A stretch of DNA of 64,000 nt from an uncultured Candidatus Saccharibacteria bacterium (GCA_964545165.1 CAZJEQ010000001.1:1971-65970); one strand, 5' to 3'; shown: positions 48,022-58,281, counted from the stretch's first letter. The notes: generated by a model from the sequence alone, not told the origin. Translations and numbers: made by a program.

Positions 48022-48441
48022 ATGGAGTACCAGCTGCAACTCAAGCCGTTCGAGCGCAAGGATGGTCTCAAATACAAGGTCATACAGATTACCGATATAG
48101 CCCTCCACACGACCCCTCACCGCCCAACCTCCGTCGGCAAGAAAATCAAGCAGGCGTTCACTCAAAACAAGCCGGGACGGGTGTACGCGCCGTTGACAGG
48201 GGCCATACAGACGGATGAATCCGCCCACGAGGCCAAGATCTCCATTGAGCAATTGATTCGGCAGGACCCTGAACTGGTGCGCTGGATTCAAGAAGAGGAA
48301 CAAAAGGGGTACAAGATCCTGATCGGTCTCCCGAAGGGCGGCATTCCGATATTCGAGGGACCGGATACCCGGGAGTTCCTCCAGAGCAAAAACGGTAAGC
48401 GCGTGCTTAGAGGGCTTGCCAAGAAACAGGACGGTGTATAA
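48022..48441 (+). CDS. hypothetical protein, divergent from lexA
   Basis: 139-aa ORF with no recognisable motifs. Confidence 0.4.
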   Translation: MEYQLQLKPFERKDGLKYKVIQITDIALHTTPHRPTSVGKKIKQAFTQNKPGRVYAPLTGAIQTDESAHEAKISIEQLIRQDPELVRWIQEEEQKGYKILIGLPKGGIPIFEGPDTREFLQSKNGKRVLRGLAKKQDGV

Positions 48442-48571
48442 TAAGGGTTCAGCGTAGTAAAAAGTAGAGTAGCGTATCGCCTCCAGGCCATGCCTACTTC
48501 GCGCAAGAGATAGTGAGGTCTTCGGACTTTCCCTGTTTCGTGTGTGGAGTAGGCATTTTCTATATCCACGC

Positions 48572-48592
48572 ATTTATTAACAGCTCGTTAAT
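48572..48592. promoter_or_regulatory. perfect palindrome TTATTAAC-agctc-GTTAATAA overlapping the RBS region of the ParB-MTase gene (candidate operator)
   Basis: 8-bp arms, 5-bp spacer, ending 9 nt before the ATG at 48601. Confidence 0.4.
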
Positions 48593-48600
48593 AAAGGCAT

Positions 48601-49872
48601 ATGCAAAAACTAGCCTGGAAAACAGAGCGGCGGCGGGTCAACGACCTGCTGCCCTACGAGGCCAACCCTCGTGTTATCAGCGATAAGCAGATGGAGGATC
48701 TCAAAAAGAGTCTCCGCATGTTCAACCTGGTCGAACTCCCCGCGATAGATGCGGACAACCGAATCATTGCGGGGCACCAACGCCTCAAGGCGCTTCAGCT
48801 TCTCGGGCGCGGTGAGGAACAGATCGAGGTGCGCGTCCCGAACCGCAAACTCACCAAGGCGGAATTCGAGCGGTACCTCGTCACCTCGAACGCGGTGGGT
48901 GGCGACTGGGACTTCAGCAAGCTCAAGTCGTTCGACCTCGAGCTGTTGCTCGACATCGGATTCAATGACGACGATGTCGCCAGCATTTGGGATGGCAACC
49001 TCGAAACCGAGGACGACGGCTTCGACGTAGAAAAAGAACTCGCCAAAATCACGAAGCCGAAAACGAAACTCGGTGACCTCTACCAGCTCGGGACGCATCG
49101 CCTCATCTGCGGCGACTCGACCGATCTAGCGGTGCTAAAGAAACTCGTCGGCAAGGATGCGGTCTCGATGATATACAGCGACCCCGTCTACAACATCGGT
49201 GTCGACTACAACAAAGGCATCGGCGGCAAGAAGTCATACGGCGGCACGGTGAACGATAAGCGCACCGATACCGAGTACAAAGTATTTCTCCGCACAACGC
49301 TCGAGAACGCACTCACCGTCTCCAAGCTCGACACGCATGTGTACTATTGGTGCGATGAATCGTACATCTGGCTTATTCAAGAGTTGTACCGAGAACTCGG
49401 TATCGAGAACAAGCGCGTATGCATGTGGATCAAGAACGGCCACAATCCGACGCCCGGCGTCGCGTTCAACAAATGCTACGAGCCCTGCGTGTACGGCGTG
49501 CGCGGAAAACCCCATCTCACCAAGGGCATCGACAACCTCAACGAGGTGTTCAACAAAGAACTCACGACCGGCAACCGGCTTATCGACGACATCCTCGACC
49601 TCCTCAACATCTGGCTCGTGAAGCGGATGGCGGGACAGGACTACCAGCACGCCACGGCAAAACCGCCCACACTCCACGAAAAAGCCATCCGGCGCTGTAC
49701 GCGCCCGGGTGATCTCATTCTCGACTCGTTCGGCGGCTCCGGCAGCACCTTAATAGCAGCAGAACAGCTCAAGCGGCGCTCCGCCTTGGTCGAACTGGAG
49801 CCGATATTCTGCGACCTCATCGTCAAGCGATATGAAGCACTCACGCACACAAAAGCCAAAAAGCTCAATTAA
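48601..49872 (+). CDS. ParB-like nuclease N-terminal domain fused to DNA methyltransferase (N6A/N4C beta-class)
   Basis: ParB-N motif (AGHQRLKA); SDPVYN (DPPY-like) catalytic motif; C-terminal DSFGGSGST AdoMet-binding motif. Confidence 0.75.
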   Translation: MQKLAWKTERRRVNDLLPYEANPRVISDKQMEDLKKSLRMFNLVELPAIDADNRIIAGHQRLKALQLLGRGEEQIEVRVPNRKLTKAEFERYLVTSNAVGGDWDFSKLKSFDLELLLDIGFNDDDVASIWDGNLETEDDGFDVEKELAKITKPKTKLGDLYQLGTHRLICGDSTDLAVLKKLVGKDAVSMIYSDPVYNIGVDYNKGIGGKKSYGGTVNDKRTDTEYKVFLRTTLENALTVSKLDTHVYYWCDESYIWLIQELYRELGIENKRVCMWIKNGHNPTPGVAFNKCYEPCVYGVRGKPHLTKGIDNLNEVFNKELTTGNRLIDDILDLLNIWLVKRMAGQDYQHATAKPPTLHEKAIRRCTRPGDLILDSFGGSGSTLIAAEQLKRRSALVELEPIFCDLIVKRYEALTHTKAKKLN

Positions 49873-50605
49873 GGTCGGTGACGTCTTCTGCATCGGCGAC
49901 CACGTACTCGGCTGCGGCGATGCCCGCGATGCCGACTTCGTGAATCGCGTCATCGGCAAGGCCAAGATCGCACTCATTCTGAGCGACCCGCCGTATGGCG
50001 TGGCATTCGTCGAGAGCAAGGAATCCTTCACGAACATCAAGGTACAAAAGAGAATCCTCAACGATGGAATCGTCTCGGAATCGCAGTACGCGCAATTCAC
50101 GAAGGACTGGCTTGTGCCGGTCGTGCCGCATCTTGCGAGCAAGAACAGCGTCTACATCTTCAACTCCGACAAGATGCTCTTTGCCCTGCGCGAGGGCATG
50201 GAGCGCTCAGGCATCCGCTTCGCACAACTCTTGGTATGGATCAAAAACCATGTCGTGGTCGGGCGCAAAGACTATCTTCCCCAGCATGAGCTAGTGGCAT
50301 ACGGCTGGCATGGCACGCATGACTTCAAGAAAGCGAAGGATAAATCCATCCTCTTCTATCCGAAGCCGAGCAAGAGCCCGCTGCACCCGACACAAAAGCC
50401 GGTAGGACTCCTGCGCCGTCTCGTCCTCAACAGTTCCGACATCAAAGGTGTGGTGTACGACTGCTTTGCGGGGTCGGGCTCGACCGGCATCGCCGCGGAG
50501 CAGTGCAAGCGCAAGTCGATCCTCATCGAGCGGGACGAGGAGTATTGCCAGACCATTATCAGCCGCTTCGAGCGGGAGTTCGGACTCAAGGCGACAAAGG
50601 TATGA
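49832..50605 (+). CDS. DNA methyltransferase (beta-class N6-adenine/N4-cytosine)
   Basis: SDPPYG catalytic motif followed by CFAGSGSTGIAAE motif I; overlaps the previous gene by ~40 nt. Confidence 0.75.
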   Translation: MKHSRTQKPKSSIKVGDVFCIGDHVLGCGDARDADFVNRVIGKAKIALILSDPPYGVAFVESKESFTNIKVQKRILNDGIVSESQYAQFTKDWLVPVVPHLASKNSVYIFNSDKMLFALREGMERSGIRFAQLLVWIKNHVVVGRKDYLPQHELVAYGWHGTHDFKKAKDKSILFYPKPSKSPLHPTQKPVGLLRRLVLNSSDIKGVVYDCFAGSGSTGIAAEQCKRKSILIERDEEYCQTIISRFEREFGLKATKV

Positions 50606-51072
50606 AAAAGGACCGCACCAAAAACCTCTTTCTGGAGCAGCTTCGGAAAATCCCGATCGTGCAAATCGCGTGCGAGAAAGTCGACATCTCGCGCAACACC
50701 ATCTACCGCTGGCGCAAAGAAGAGCCTGAATTCGCTAAGACGATGGACGAGGCGCTCACCGACGGCGAGGCGGTCGTCAACGACATGAGCGAATCGCAGT
50801 TGCTCTCCAAGATCAAAAACGGCGAATGGCCTCCCATCGCGTTCTGGCTTCGCAAACGCCACCCGAAATTCAAAGACCGCCTCGAAATTACCGGCATCTT
50901 GCAAGGACCGCAGGAAGAGCTGTCCCCCGAACAAGAGGCTGTCGTTAAAGAAGCGCTGCGCCTTGCTTCGTTATCCGTCGAGCAGCCACTAGAACAACCA
51001 ATCGAACAAGCGGATACCGCGCAAGGTGCGGAAGAAATTAGTCATAAGAAAAAAGACCATGAACAAAATTAA
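50602..51072 (+). CDS. phage terminase small subunit-like HTH protein
   Basis: ACEKVDISRNTIYRWRKEEPEF HTH typical of small terminases; overlaps the MTase stop and the TerL start. Confidence 0.55.
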   Translation: MKKDRTKNLFLEQLRKIPIVQIACEKVDISRNTIYRWRKEEPEFAKTMDEALTDGEAVVNDMSESQLLSKIKNGEWPPIAFWLRKRHPKFKDRLEITGILQGPQEELSPEQEAVVKEALRLASLSVEQPLEQPIEQADTAQGAEEISHKKKDHEQN

Positions 51073-52552
51073 TACCAACGAGAATTACCAGTCCAACAGC
51101 GGGCTTACACCAGAGCTTGCGGAGAAAATGTTCCGCGACCGCCGCATCCGAACGGCGATCACGCGGCAAAGCCACTTCATGTTCTTCCATTTCTACTTCG
51201 CGCACTATGTGAAGTACGCGACCGCGCCATTCCAACGCGAGCTATTTCACCTGAGCGAACGGCAGGACATCAAAAATCTTTTTGTCGTCGCGTTTCGCGG
51301 ATCGGCAAAGTCGACAATATTCACGACCTCGTATCCGGTGTGGGCGATTCTTGGAGAACAGCAGAAAAAATTCGTGCTCATCCTCTGCCAGACGCAAGCG
51401 CAGGCAAAGCAACACATGATGAACTTGCGCCGCGAGCTTGAGAGCAACGCACTTCTCAAGAACGACCTTGGTCCATTCCAAGAAGAGAATAACGAGTGGG
51501 GTTCGTCGTCGCTCGTGTTCTCGAATCTCAACGCTCGCATCACGGCAGTCTCATCCGAGCAGAGCATTCGCGGTCTGCGCCACAATCAGCATCGTCCCGA
51601 CTTGATTGTCGGCGACGACCTAGAGGACCTCGCATCTACGAAAACGCGAGAGGGACGCAACAAAACCTACCAGTGGCTCACGGGAGAGGTTGTGCCCGCA
51701 GGCGACCGCAATACGCGACTCGTCATAGTCGGCAACTTGCTCCATGAGGACTCGCTCCTCATGCGGCTCAAAGAGGATGTCGATAAAGGGAGAATTAATG
51801 GCGTATTCAAGGCGTACCCACTGATACAAAAGGGCCTCATCGTATGGCCCGGCAAGTATCCCTCGATGGCGGACATCGAAGAGGAAAAATCGAAAGCGGC
51901 GAATGAGTACGCATGGCAGCGAGAGTATCTGCTGCACATTGTACCGGCTGAAGATCAGGCGATTCATCGTGAATGGATACAGTACTACGACACCATACCG
52001 GCACCGATTCGGGTCATCGACAATTACACGTCACACAAGGAGGTTCGCATCGGTATCGACCCGGCCATCTCAAAAAACGACGCTGCGGATTATACGGCTA
52101 TGGTGCCCGGGCTGTTGTACGAACTCAGGGAGGGGTATCGGATTTATATTCTCCCGAAAATCATCAATAGGCGTATGTCATTCCCGGAAACGGTGGAAAT
52201 GTGCAAGACGCTTGACGACAGCTATGGCGAAGAGGATACGGGACGTCCAACATTCGTGATCGAAGATGTTGCGTATCAGAAAGCGTTGCCGCAGCAACTG
52301 AAGGACGAAGGGATATGGAACGTGATGACAACGCGGCCGGGCAATCAAGACAAGCGTAGTCGTCTCGTGCTCACAGCGAATCTCATCAAGAGCGGCAAAA
52401 TCCTCTTTCCGAGGGAGGGCGCGGAGCAACTCATACAGCAAATCGTACACTTTGGCGTTGAGAAGCACGACGACCTTGCCGATGCGTTCGCAAATCTCGT
52501 GCATAGTGTTTCAGAGGATCCACCGTGCGTACCGAGAATATTTTTTTTCTGA
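51059..52552 (+). CDS. phage terminase large subunit
   Basis: Walker A-like VVAFRGSAKST and Walker B DLIVGDDLED; C-terminal RNase H-like nuclease (IGIDPA...DAADYTAMV). Confidence 0.75.
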   Translation: MNKINTNENYQSNSGLTPELAEKMFRDRRIRTAITRQSHFMFFHFYFAHYVKYATAPFQRELFHLSERQDIKNLFVVAFRGSAKSTIFTTSYPVWAILGEQQKKFVLILCQTQAQAKQHMMNLRRELESNALLKNDLGPFQEENNEWGSSSLVFSNLNARITAVSSEQSIRGLRHNQHRPDLIVGDDLEDLASTKTREGRNKTYQWLTGEVVPAGDRNTRLVIVGNLLHEDSLLMRLKEDVDKGRINGVFKAYPLIQKGLIVWPGKYPSMADIEEEKSKAANEYAWQREYLLHIVPAEDQAIHREWIQYYDTIPAPIRVIDNYTSHKEVRIGIDPAISKNDAADYTAMVPGLLYELREGYRIYILPKIINRRMSFPETVEMCKTLDDSYGEEDTGRPTFVIEDVAYQKALPQQLKDEGIWNVMTTRPGNQDKRSRLVLTANLIKSGKILFPREGAEQLIQQIVHFGVEKHDDLADAFANLVHSVSEDPPCVPRIFFF

Positions 52553-52597
52553 TCTCCAGGGCTGACTCGATATTCGATGATGATGACGACTAACGAC

Positions 52598-53467
52598 TTA
52601 CTGGCATTGCGGACTAAGCGAGCGACTGTATTTTGCGAGCAATGCATCAAGTGTATCGAATGATTCTAGATAACTCTCGCTCAGACCCTTCCATCCGTCG
52701 CAGGACGCTGGGTAGTAGTACTTTGCACTGTAGTGAGAGGACGTGTAGTACTTGCTGCCGGTGGAGGGTTGCGCGACCGGATCCGCTTTGCCGTTGCAGG
52801 TGGTCGGTGACCACAAACCCTTACCAGCATTCTGCGCGGCAAGTTGAGCGGCTTTGAATTCCGCTTGATACTTGTACGCTTTATCGTACGTGTACTCGTA
52901 TGCGTACCCATCGGCGACCATATTCTTGTTGAAGAATAGGCTGTCATCGCGGTAGATGTAGACGAGGAGCCGTCCATACTTGTCTCGCGTGTCCTGGGTT
53001 GGGTCGGCTTCAATGCGAACCTTCTGACCAGACAGTAATGCTTTTGCCCGGTTGGATGCTTCGGTGCCGAAACATTGTACGGGCTTCCGTGGATCAACGG
53101 TCTCTGGAGTATCGATGCCGATAAGTCGGAGCGTTTCTACTGTGCCGCCCATGTTTATCTTAAGCGTGTCGCCATCAACAACGTCGGTGACTGCGTAGTA
53201 CTGATACTGTGGAGCGGACTGAGTCGGAGTAGCGGGAGTCTGTGTAACCGACGGTGTTTGCTTCGGCGCAGTAGCCTCTGTCTTTGCGGTAACGAATGTC
53301 ACTTCTGTGACAGACTCAGATGTTGTTGCTTCAGTAGCAGTTTCTGTCTGCGAGATTTGCTGCAGCTGTTCTTGGGCAGGCGCTGGTTCCGGCGAAGGGG
53401 CGAAAATGCCGATGATAAAAAGTAGGCCGATGACACCTCCAACACCGTAAAGAATTTTTCTAATCAT
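52598..53467 (-). CDS. membrane-anchored thermonuclease (SNase-like) family protein
   Basis: N-terminal TM helix; Thr/Glu-rich linker; SNase motifs (VVDGDTLK, RLIGIDTPE, YGRLLVYIY). Confidence 0.7.
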   Translation of the reverse strand: MIRKILYGVGGVIGLLFIIGIFAPSPEPAPAQEQLQQISQTETATEATTSESVTEVTFVTAKTEATAPKQTPSVTQTPATPTQSAPQYQYYAVTDVVDGDTLKINMGGTVETLRLIGIDTPETVDPRKPVQCFGTEASNRAKALLSGQKVRIEADPTQDTRDKYGRLLVYIYRDDSLFFNKNMVADGYAYEYTYDKAYKYQAEFKAAQLAAQNAGKGLWSPTTCNGKADPVAQPSTGSKYYTSSHYSAKYYYPASCDGWKGLSESYLESFDTLDALLAKYSRSLSPQCQ

Positions 53468-53607
53468 ATGGCTCAGGTCTTGGTGTTCTAACTTAGGTTC
53501 GAGGGTATGCGAAGGGGGTTACCAACTCTTGCCTTTGATTGACATTCGTAGCCTAACATAATTATTCCACTTTGGAATATCCCAATACGGAATACACGCT
53601 TATAGGT

Positions 53608-53826
53608 ATGAGAAAGTCTATTCATACCAACGAGAGGGCTGGGTTCGTAAAGAAGCTGAAACAGGCTCGGCTCGAAGCTGGGTTGAGCCAGACAGAGGTA
53701 GCAAAGAAACTAGGCTGCTCGCAGTCTTGGGTATCGAAAATTGAATTGGGCGAGTTGCGAGTGGAAGCGATTTGGCTTAATCGTTTGGCGAAGCTCTACG
53801 GAAAGAGCCTGAGCTACTTTCTATAG
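53608..53826 (+). CDS. XRE-family HTH transcriptional regulator
   Basis: LSQTEVAKKLGCSQSWVSKIE HTH_3 motif. Confidence 0.7.
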   Translation: MRKSIHTNERAGFVKKLKQARLEAGLSQTEVAKKLGCSQSWVSKIELGELRVEAIWLNRLAKLYGKSLSYFL

Positions 53827-53917
53827 GCTATAGGCGCATCCTTTAGATGCCTGGCCCCTTGAAGCTTTGAATAGTCTCCACTGGATTTTCAGCTGGATTC
53901 GCGGTATTCCTTAAGGT

Positions 53918-54340
53918 ATGACTGTAACCGTGACATCAAATTGTAAAAAGTGTGATGGGGCTGGAAGGTATATGTACGATGAAAATCACATAAAACCTTG
54001 TGAGGAGTGTTGCACTCATTCAGAAGGATGGTGGGAGCTGGAAGAACATTACGGAAACGATAACGGCAAATATGCATGCAAGAAAGGTTGCGGAACTCTG
54101 ATGACTCGACCACCGTCAGAAAAACTAACGAAGAAAATACCCGTTCCTCAAACGGAAGAAGATCTTATGGAACTCACCAAAGATGCGCTCGCCGACGTAC
54201 TTGGGCGTGAGCCCACAAAGCAGGAAATTCTAAAGGCGCATGCCGGATTTAAACGCATGGCCTTTGTCATGCACGAACATCTTCGTCACGAGGAGGTTAC
54301 AAAGAAAGAAGCCCCCAAAGATCCAAAACACTCGAATTAA
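53918..54340 (+). CDS. hypothetical Cys-rich protein
   Basis: 140-aa ORF with CKKCDGAG...CEEC and CKKGCG clusters. Confidence 0.4.
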   Translation: MTVTVTSNCKKCDGAGRYMYDENHIKPCEECCTHSEGWWELEEHYGNDNGKYACKKGCGTLMTRPPSEKLTKKIPVPQTEEDLMELTKDALADVLGREPTKQEILKAHAGFKRMAFVMHEHLRHEEVTKKEAPKDPKHSN

Positions 54341-54499
54341 TTAGCACGTACACTTCGTCTCTGCTTCACTGCACGCCTTGCACTTCGGCATGCAGTGATC
54401 CCCGCCGCATTTGTGATTTGCATCATGCTCCTTCGCCTCCGCGCCGCATACATCACACTTAAACCCCTCCACATCGCCGTCACATGTCTTACACGACAT
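54341..54499 (-). CDS. small Cys-rich metal-binding protein (52 aa), not in the ORF track
   Basis: Reverse-strand ORF MSCKTCDGDVEGFKCDVCGAEAKEHDANHKCGGDHCMPKCKACSEAETKCTC with 12 Cys; co-oriented immediately downstream of the multicopper oxidase. Confidence 0.4.
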   Translation of the reverse strand: MSCKTCDGDVEGFKCDVCGAEAKEHDANHKCGGDHCMPKCKACSEAETKCTC

Positions 54500-54539
54500 A
54501 CGTTTTAGTGATTACAAAATTTACTAATAATTTACCCCA

Positions 54540-56090
54540 TTATTCTACGCTATATTTAAGCATCATCCCGGCTTCGAGGTGCTCCGCGATATGGCAATGC
54601 GCCATCCAAGTACCGGGGTTGGATGTATCGAGCACGATGTCGACGGTTTCTCCCGCCTTCACGAGCACGGTATCTTTCCAAACGAGATTCGTCTGCGGCA
54701 CACCATCGCGCGAGACAACGAGGAATCGTTGGCCGTGGAAATGGATTGGATGTTGCATAGGATGCATTGATTTTGGATCGTTGAAAATCCTGATCTTGAC
54801 CGGTTCACCTTTTTTGAAAGTCCAATCTATATCCATATCTTTCTTGCCGGTGTCCTGATCAATGATCCGCCATTTAACCATCTCGGCATTCGACATCTCA
54901 TTCATCATTTGCATATCAGTGTCTTCCCATTCGATTCCTCCTTCGGGTACTTCTCCCATACTCATGCCTCCCATCATTGTGCCGTCCGACATCATGTGGC
55001 CTCCCATGCCGCTCATCATTCCTCCTGTCATGTCGACTGAAAGCGCAATGCGCTTATCCGGTGCTGTCTCAAAGAGGAATCGATAAGGTTCAATGCTTGC
55101 GATGGTTTCTGCGTGTGAGCGAAGTGTCCCGAATTGCGCGGCATATGACTCTTCGATCTCTTGATTCAACACGGTTATGCTCCCGAGTGCATAGGTTTTT
55201 TCGGGAGTTTTGTTTTGGATCGCGTATGTTCCCGCATTGTCGAAAAGCACTTCGACAATCGCGCGCTCTGACGGCCCCAAGACAACACTATCGGCCCAGC
55301 TCTCTTGCTCATAAGCGCCTCCATCTGCGCCAACAAGCTTCATCCGAGTTCCTTCAATCGCAAAGTTGAATGGGCGGGTATTCGCGACATTCGTGACGTA
55401 CAAGCGTACAACCTCTCCCTCCTTCATTTCGAGTTTGTACGCCTCATCGCCATTTATGAGCATCACATTGCCGAATCGACCCATGAGCGTGCGGTCAGCT
55501 CCTTTTTTGCTGAGGAGGATATTGCCATCCTCGATGAGGATGTCATCAAGAAAAAGTGGAATTTCGCGATTGACTGGCGACCAGTAGTCTTGAGAATTCG
55601 GAATTACAAGATACCCGCCATAGAGTCCAAGCTCTTGCTGGTAGTCTTCGCGTACATGCGGGTGATACCAGTACATTCCGACATCAGGAAACTTCAGTCT
55701 GTACGAAAATGTTTCGCCGGGCTCCATTTCCTTTTGGCTGGTTTGCGATCCATCAAAAGGATTATCCATCCGCACTCCGTGTGAATGTAGGAGGGTTTTC
55801 ATGTCCGTATTATTAGTAAAGTTGATCGTAACCTCTGCACCTTGCGCGACCTTGATAAGCGGTCCCGGAATAGAACCGTTATAGGCAAGCATCGAGTATG
55901 TCTTGCCTCCGATGTTCTTTTTGACAGCAGATGCCACAAGGTCATATGTGTCGCCATTTTTGAGTTCGACGATCTGGCTCTCCGTAACAGGTGACATTTG
56001 CTGCCCCGGGATGACCCACCAGCCGATTGCGGCGATTGTGCCTCCGATAAGCGCGACTGCCACTGCGATGTTGAAGTATTTTTGGTTCAT
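54540..56090 (-). CDS. multicopper oxidase (CueO/laccase-like) with Met-rich insert
   Basis: Copper-ligand motifs HSHGV, HPHVRE, HCHIAEHLEAGMM; Met/Gly-rich segment MTGGMMSGMGGHMMSDGTMMGGMSMG; signal/TM N-terminus. Confidence 0.85.
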   Translation of the reverse strand: MNQKYFNIAVAVALIGGTIAAIGWWVIPGQQMSPVTESQIVELKNGDTYDLVASAVKKNIGGKTYSMLAYNGSIPGPLIKVAQGAEVTINFTNNTDMKTLLHSHGVRMDNPFDGSQTSQKEMEPGETFSYRLKFPDVGMYWYHPHVREDYQQELGLYGGYLVIPNSQDYWSPVNREIPLFLDDILIEDGNILLSKKGADRTLMGRFGNVMLINGDEAYKLEMKEGEVVRLYVTNVANTRPFNFAIEGTRMKLVGADGGAYEQESWADSVVLGPSERAIVEVLFDNAGTYAIQNKTPEKTYALGSITVLNQEIEESYAAQFGTLRSHAETIASIEPYRFLFETAPDKRIALSVDMTGGMMSGMGGHMMSDGTMMGGMSMGEVPEGGIEWEDTDMQMMNEMSNAEMVKWRIIDQDTGKKDMDIDWTFKKGEPVKIRIFNDPKSMHPMQHPIHFHGQRFLVVSRDGVPQTNLVWKDTVLVKAGETVDIVLDTSNPGTWMAHCHIAEHLEAGMMLKYSVE

Positions 56091-56497
56091 ACAGAGTTAC
56101 GTGACGTAATAAATACCCTAATCCATTCTTTCCAAAAAAGAAAGGCGAGGATTGGAAAGACGAGAGACGTGACAAGCCCCGGATAGTAGTCTCCTGCGAA
56201 TAAGGCCTTGATCGGGTGATGCAGTTCAAAAACGAAGATTATTCCTACGAGCGCAAGTGCGTAGAAACGAGTGCGCTCACTAATGAGAAACAGCAGAGCA
56301 ACGGCAAGGAGCACCCAGAACATCATTTGAAAGGTTGCGAACATCGCCTGATGAATCGACGTAAATGGCAACAGTCCAAAAATCCATTCATCCCACTTAT
56401 CAAGAGTATAAAATCCAGTGAAATATTCCTCAATGCCGTGCAGAATAAACACGGGTATCGATGCGGCAAAGATATATTTTATTCGTGGTGTGATCAT
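56087..56497 (-). CDS. HXXEE-domain membrane protein
   Basis: HGIEEY motif in a 4-TM ~136-aa protein; overlaps the MCO start by 4 nt. Confidence 0.55.
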   Translation of the reverse strand: MITPRIKYIFAASIPVFILHGIEEYFTGFYTLDKWDEWIFGLLPFTSIHQAMFATFQMMFWVLLAVALLFLISERTRFYALALVGIIFVFELHHPIKALFAGDYYPGLVTSLVFPILAFLFWKEWIRVFITSRNSV

Positions 56498-56499
56498 AA

Positions 56500-57117
56500 T
56501 TAAACAAGCCAGTCTTTTAGACTCGCCTCGACGGCGTCGCGTACCTCATCAATACCAAGACGTGCGGCGTCGACAACAAAATCAGCATATTTTTTGGTCG
56601 GCTCTATATATTGCTTGTGCATTGGAATGAGAATCTTTTGAACGTACTCTTTGTCACCATCCTTTGTGCGTCTTTTCAAAGATTCTTCGATCGGAATGTC
56701 GAGATAAATTTTTCGCGCCATGAGTTCGCGTACGTGCATGTCGTGAAATGTGAGGTACCCCTCGACGAGAATGACTGACGTCGGTTCTATGGTATGCGGG
56801 ATTTTATTCCGGCGAATTGGATCATACCCCGGGTTGTAGAGTTCGCTCTTGGTCATTACCGTAACCGCTTTCCCATGCATGAGAGAGACGATATCGCGGT
56901 ACAGGTCGTCAAATCGAATCGTTGCGGGATCATCCCAGTTGATCATGCCGTTCACGATTGGCGCATCCTCGGGTTCTACGAAGTAATCATCAAGGTGCAT
57001 GAGTGCAATCTTGTTTGGGTATTTTTTATGGAGCCCTATAGCAAGGGTTGTTTTACCTGACCCGGAACCCCCGGCAATCCCTACAATCCTGCACTCATGT
57101 CCGTGTTGCATATCCAT
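56500..57117 (-). CDS. uridine kinase / phosphoribulokinase-family P-loop kinase
   Basis: GIAGGSGSGKTT P-loop and ILVEGY motif. Confidence 0.5.
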   Translation of the reverse strand: MDMQHGHECRIVGIAGGSGSGKTTLAIGLHKKYPNKIALMHLDDYFVEPEDAPIVNGMINWDDPATIRFDDLYRDIVSLMHGKAVTVMTKSELYNPGYDPIRRNKIPHTIEPTSVILVEGYLTFHDMHVRELMARKIYLDIPIEESLKRRTKDGDKEYVQKILIPMHKQYIEPTKKYADFVVDAARLGIDEVRDAVEASLKDWLV

Positions 57118-57380
57118 TAGATCATTTCTCCCTTCTTCTCAAGCATCATGTGGTGGATAGTTGCGATCTGTGTCCAAATGGCAATAAGGATAAGAATCGC
57201 AGAACATGCGAGCGCGTCGGCTTTAGTAATACCAAAAACCGATTGCGGGTCGCCAAAAGCCGCGATGAGAAAAGAGATTACACCAATAAATCCGACAATC
57301 ACACTCGCAACATGCATTAATTTTGATGGTTTCATATTTTTATGATTAATTCTTAATATATTGCGCGAGCAATCCGACAA
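57117..57380 (-). CDS. small hypothetical membrane protein
   Basis: 87-aa ORF with two hydrophobic helices, in the operon-like run. Confidence 0.3.
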   Translation of the reverse strand: MSDCSRNILRINHKNMKPSKLMHVASVIVGFIGVISFLIAAFGDPQSVFGITKADALACSAILILIAIWTQIATIHHMMLEKKGEMI

Positions 57381-57597
57381 GCCCGATGCTCGCGCCCACG
57401 ATAATGTTCCAGAGAATGAGGCTTACGACGAAGTTCTGAAGCGTGAAGATATTCTCAACCGGCCCGACATTCAAGTGCAAGATGTACGGCAGAAGCGTGG
57501 GACGAATTGCCGGTATCAACCCTAAGAGTCCGTAGCACAGCACGTACGTAATATTGATATACGCCAAACCTATCTTAATTGCACGAGTGATGTTCAT
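57346..57597 (-). CDS. small hypothetical membrane protein
   Basis: 83-aa hydrophobic ORF. Confidence 0.3.
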   Translation of the reverse strand: MNITRAIKIGLAYINITYVLCYGLLGLIPAIRPTLLPYILHLNVGPVENIFTLQNFVVSLILWNIIVGASIGLVGLLAQYIKN

Positions 57598-57631
57598 AGA
57601 ATTTCTGTTAATTCATAATGCTTATGATCTG

Positions 57632-58279
57632 TTAACCTGTTTCGACCCGCCTTTCGGCGACAGATTTTTGCTTGAAGTGCCAGAAGATGAACACGCTCAA
57701 GATCGCAGCGAAGAAGCACCACACTGAAATAAAATTGACGTTGTAGAACCACTGCGTAACTAAAAAGGCGACGAATGCCGTGAAGCCGAAGAGATTTAAG
57801 ATTCTGTGGCTTGAGACCATTCCGCTTACGGTTGTTACAACAACGTAGGGAGCAACGTAGAGAAGGTCATATACATGGCGAAAATCATAGGCAATACTCT
57901 GATTGAGAATGTGTGCTTGGCCCGGCTCAAGAACAAGAAAATAGAGAAGATATAGCCCTATCGCGAGCCCTACGGCAGAAAATGCCTGCAATATCCTTCT
58001 TCGGAGCGGGTGTGTTTCTACGAGGAGAGTCGCGATAGGGACAAGAATAGGCCAGAGAACATAGGCGAAGAATAAGAATCCGTAGGCTGCAATAGTATTG
58101 AGGAGCGTCGAGCCAAACGAAATCCAAACAATTCCTTCAATTGCTTGCTGAATTCCAAACAGAAGCGGAATGCTTGCAAGCGGGAGCTCACTTGTTGATT
58201 TCGCTTTTTTAAGCGTCACAACCCCAGTTGTGCTGAGAACTGCGGCGGCCGTAAAACTTGCTGTGGCAGAAAAACACAT
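57632..58279 (-). CDS. hypothetical polytopic membrane protein
   Basis: 215-aa ORF with ~6 TM segments, immediately downstream of copA. Confidence 0.4.
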   Translation of the reverse strand: MCFSATASFTAAAVLSTTGVVTLKKAKSTSELPLASIPLLFGIQQAIEGIVWISFGSTLLNTIAAYGFLFFAYVLWPILVPIATLLVETHPLRRRILQAFSAVGLAIGLYLLYFLVLEPGQAHILNQSIAYDFRHVYDLLYVAPYVVVTTVSGMVSSHRILNLFGFTAFVAFLVTQWFYNVNFISVWCFFAAILSVFIFWHFKQKSVAERRVETG

Positions 58280-58281
58280 AT

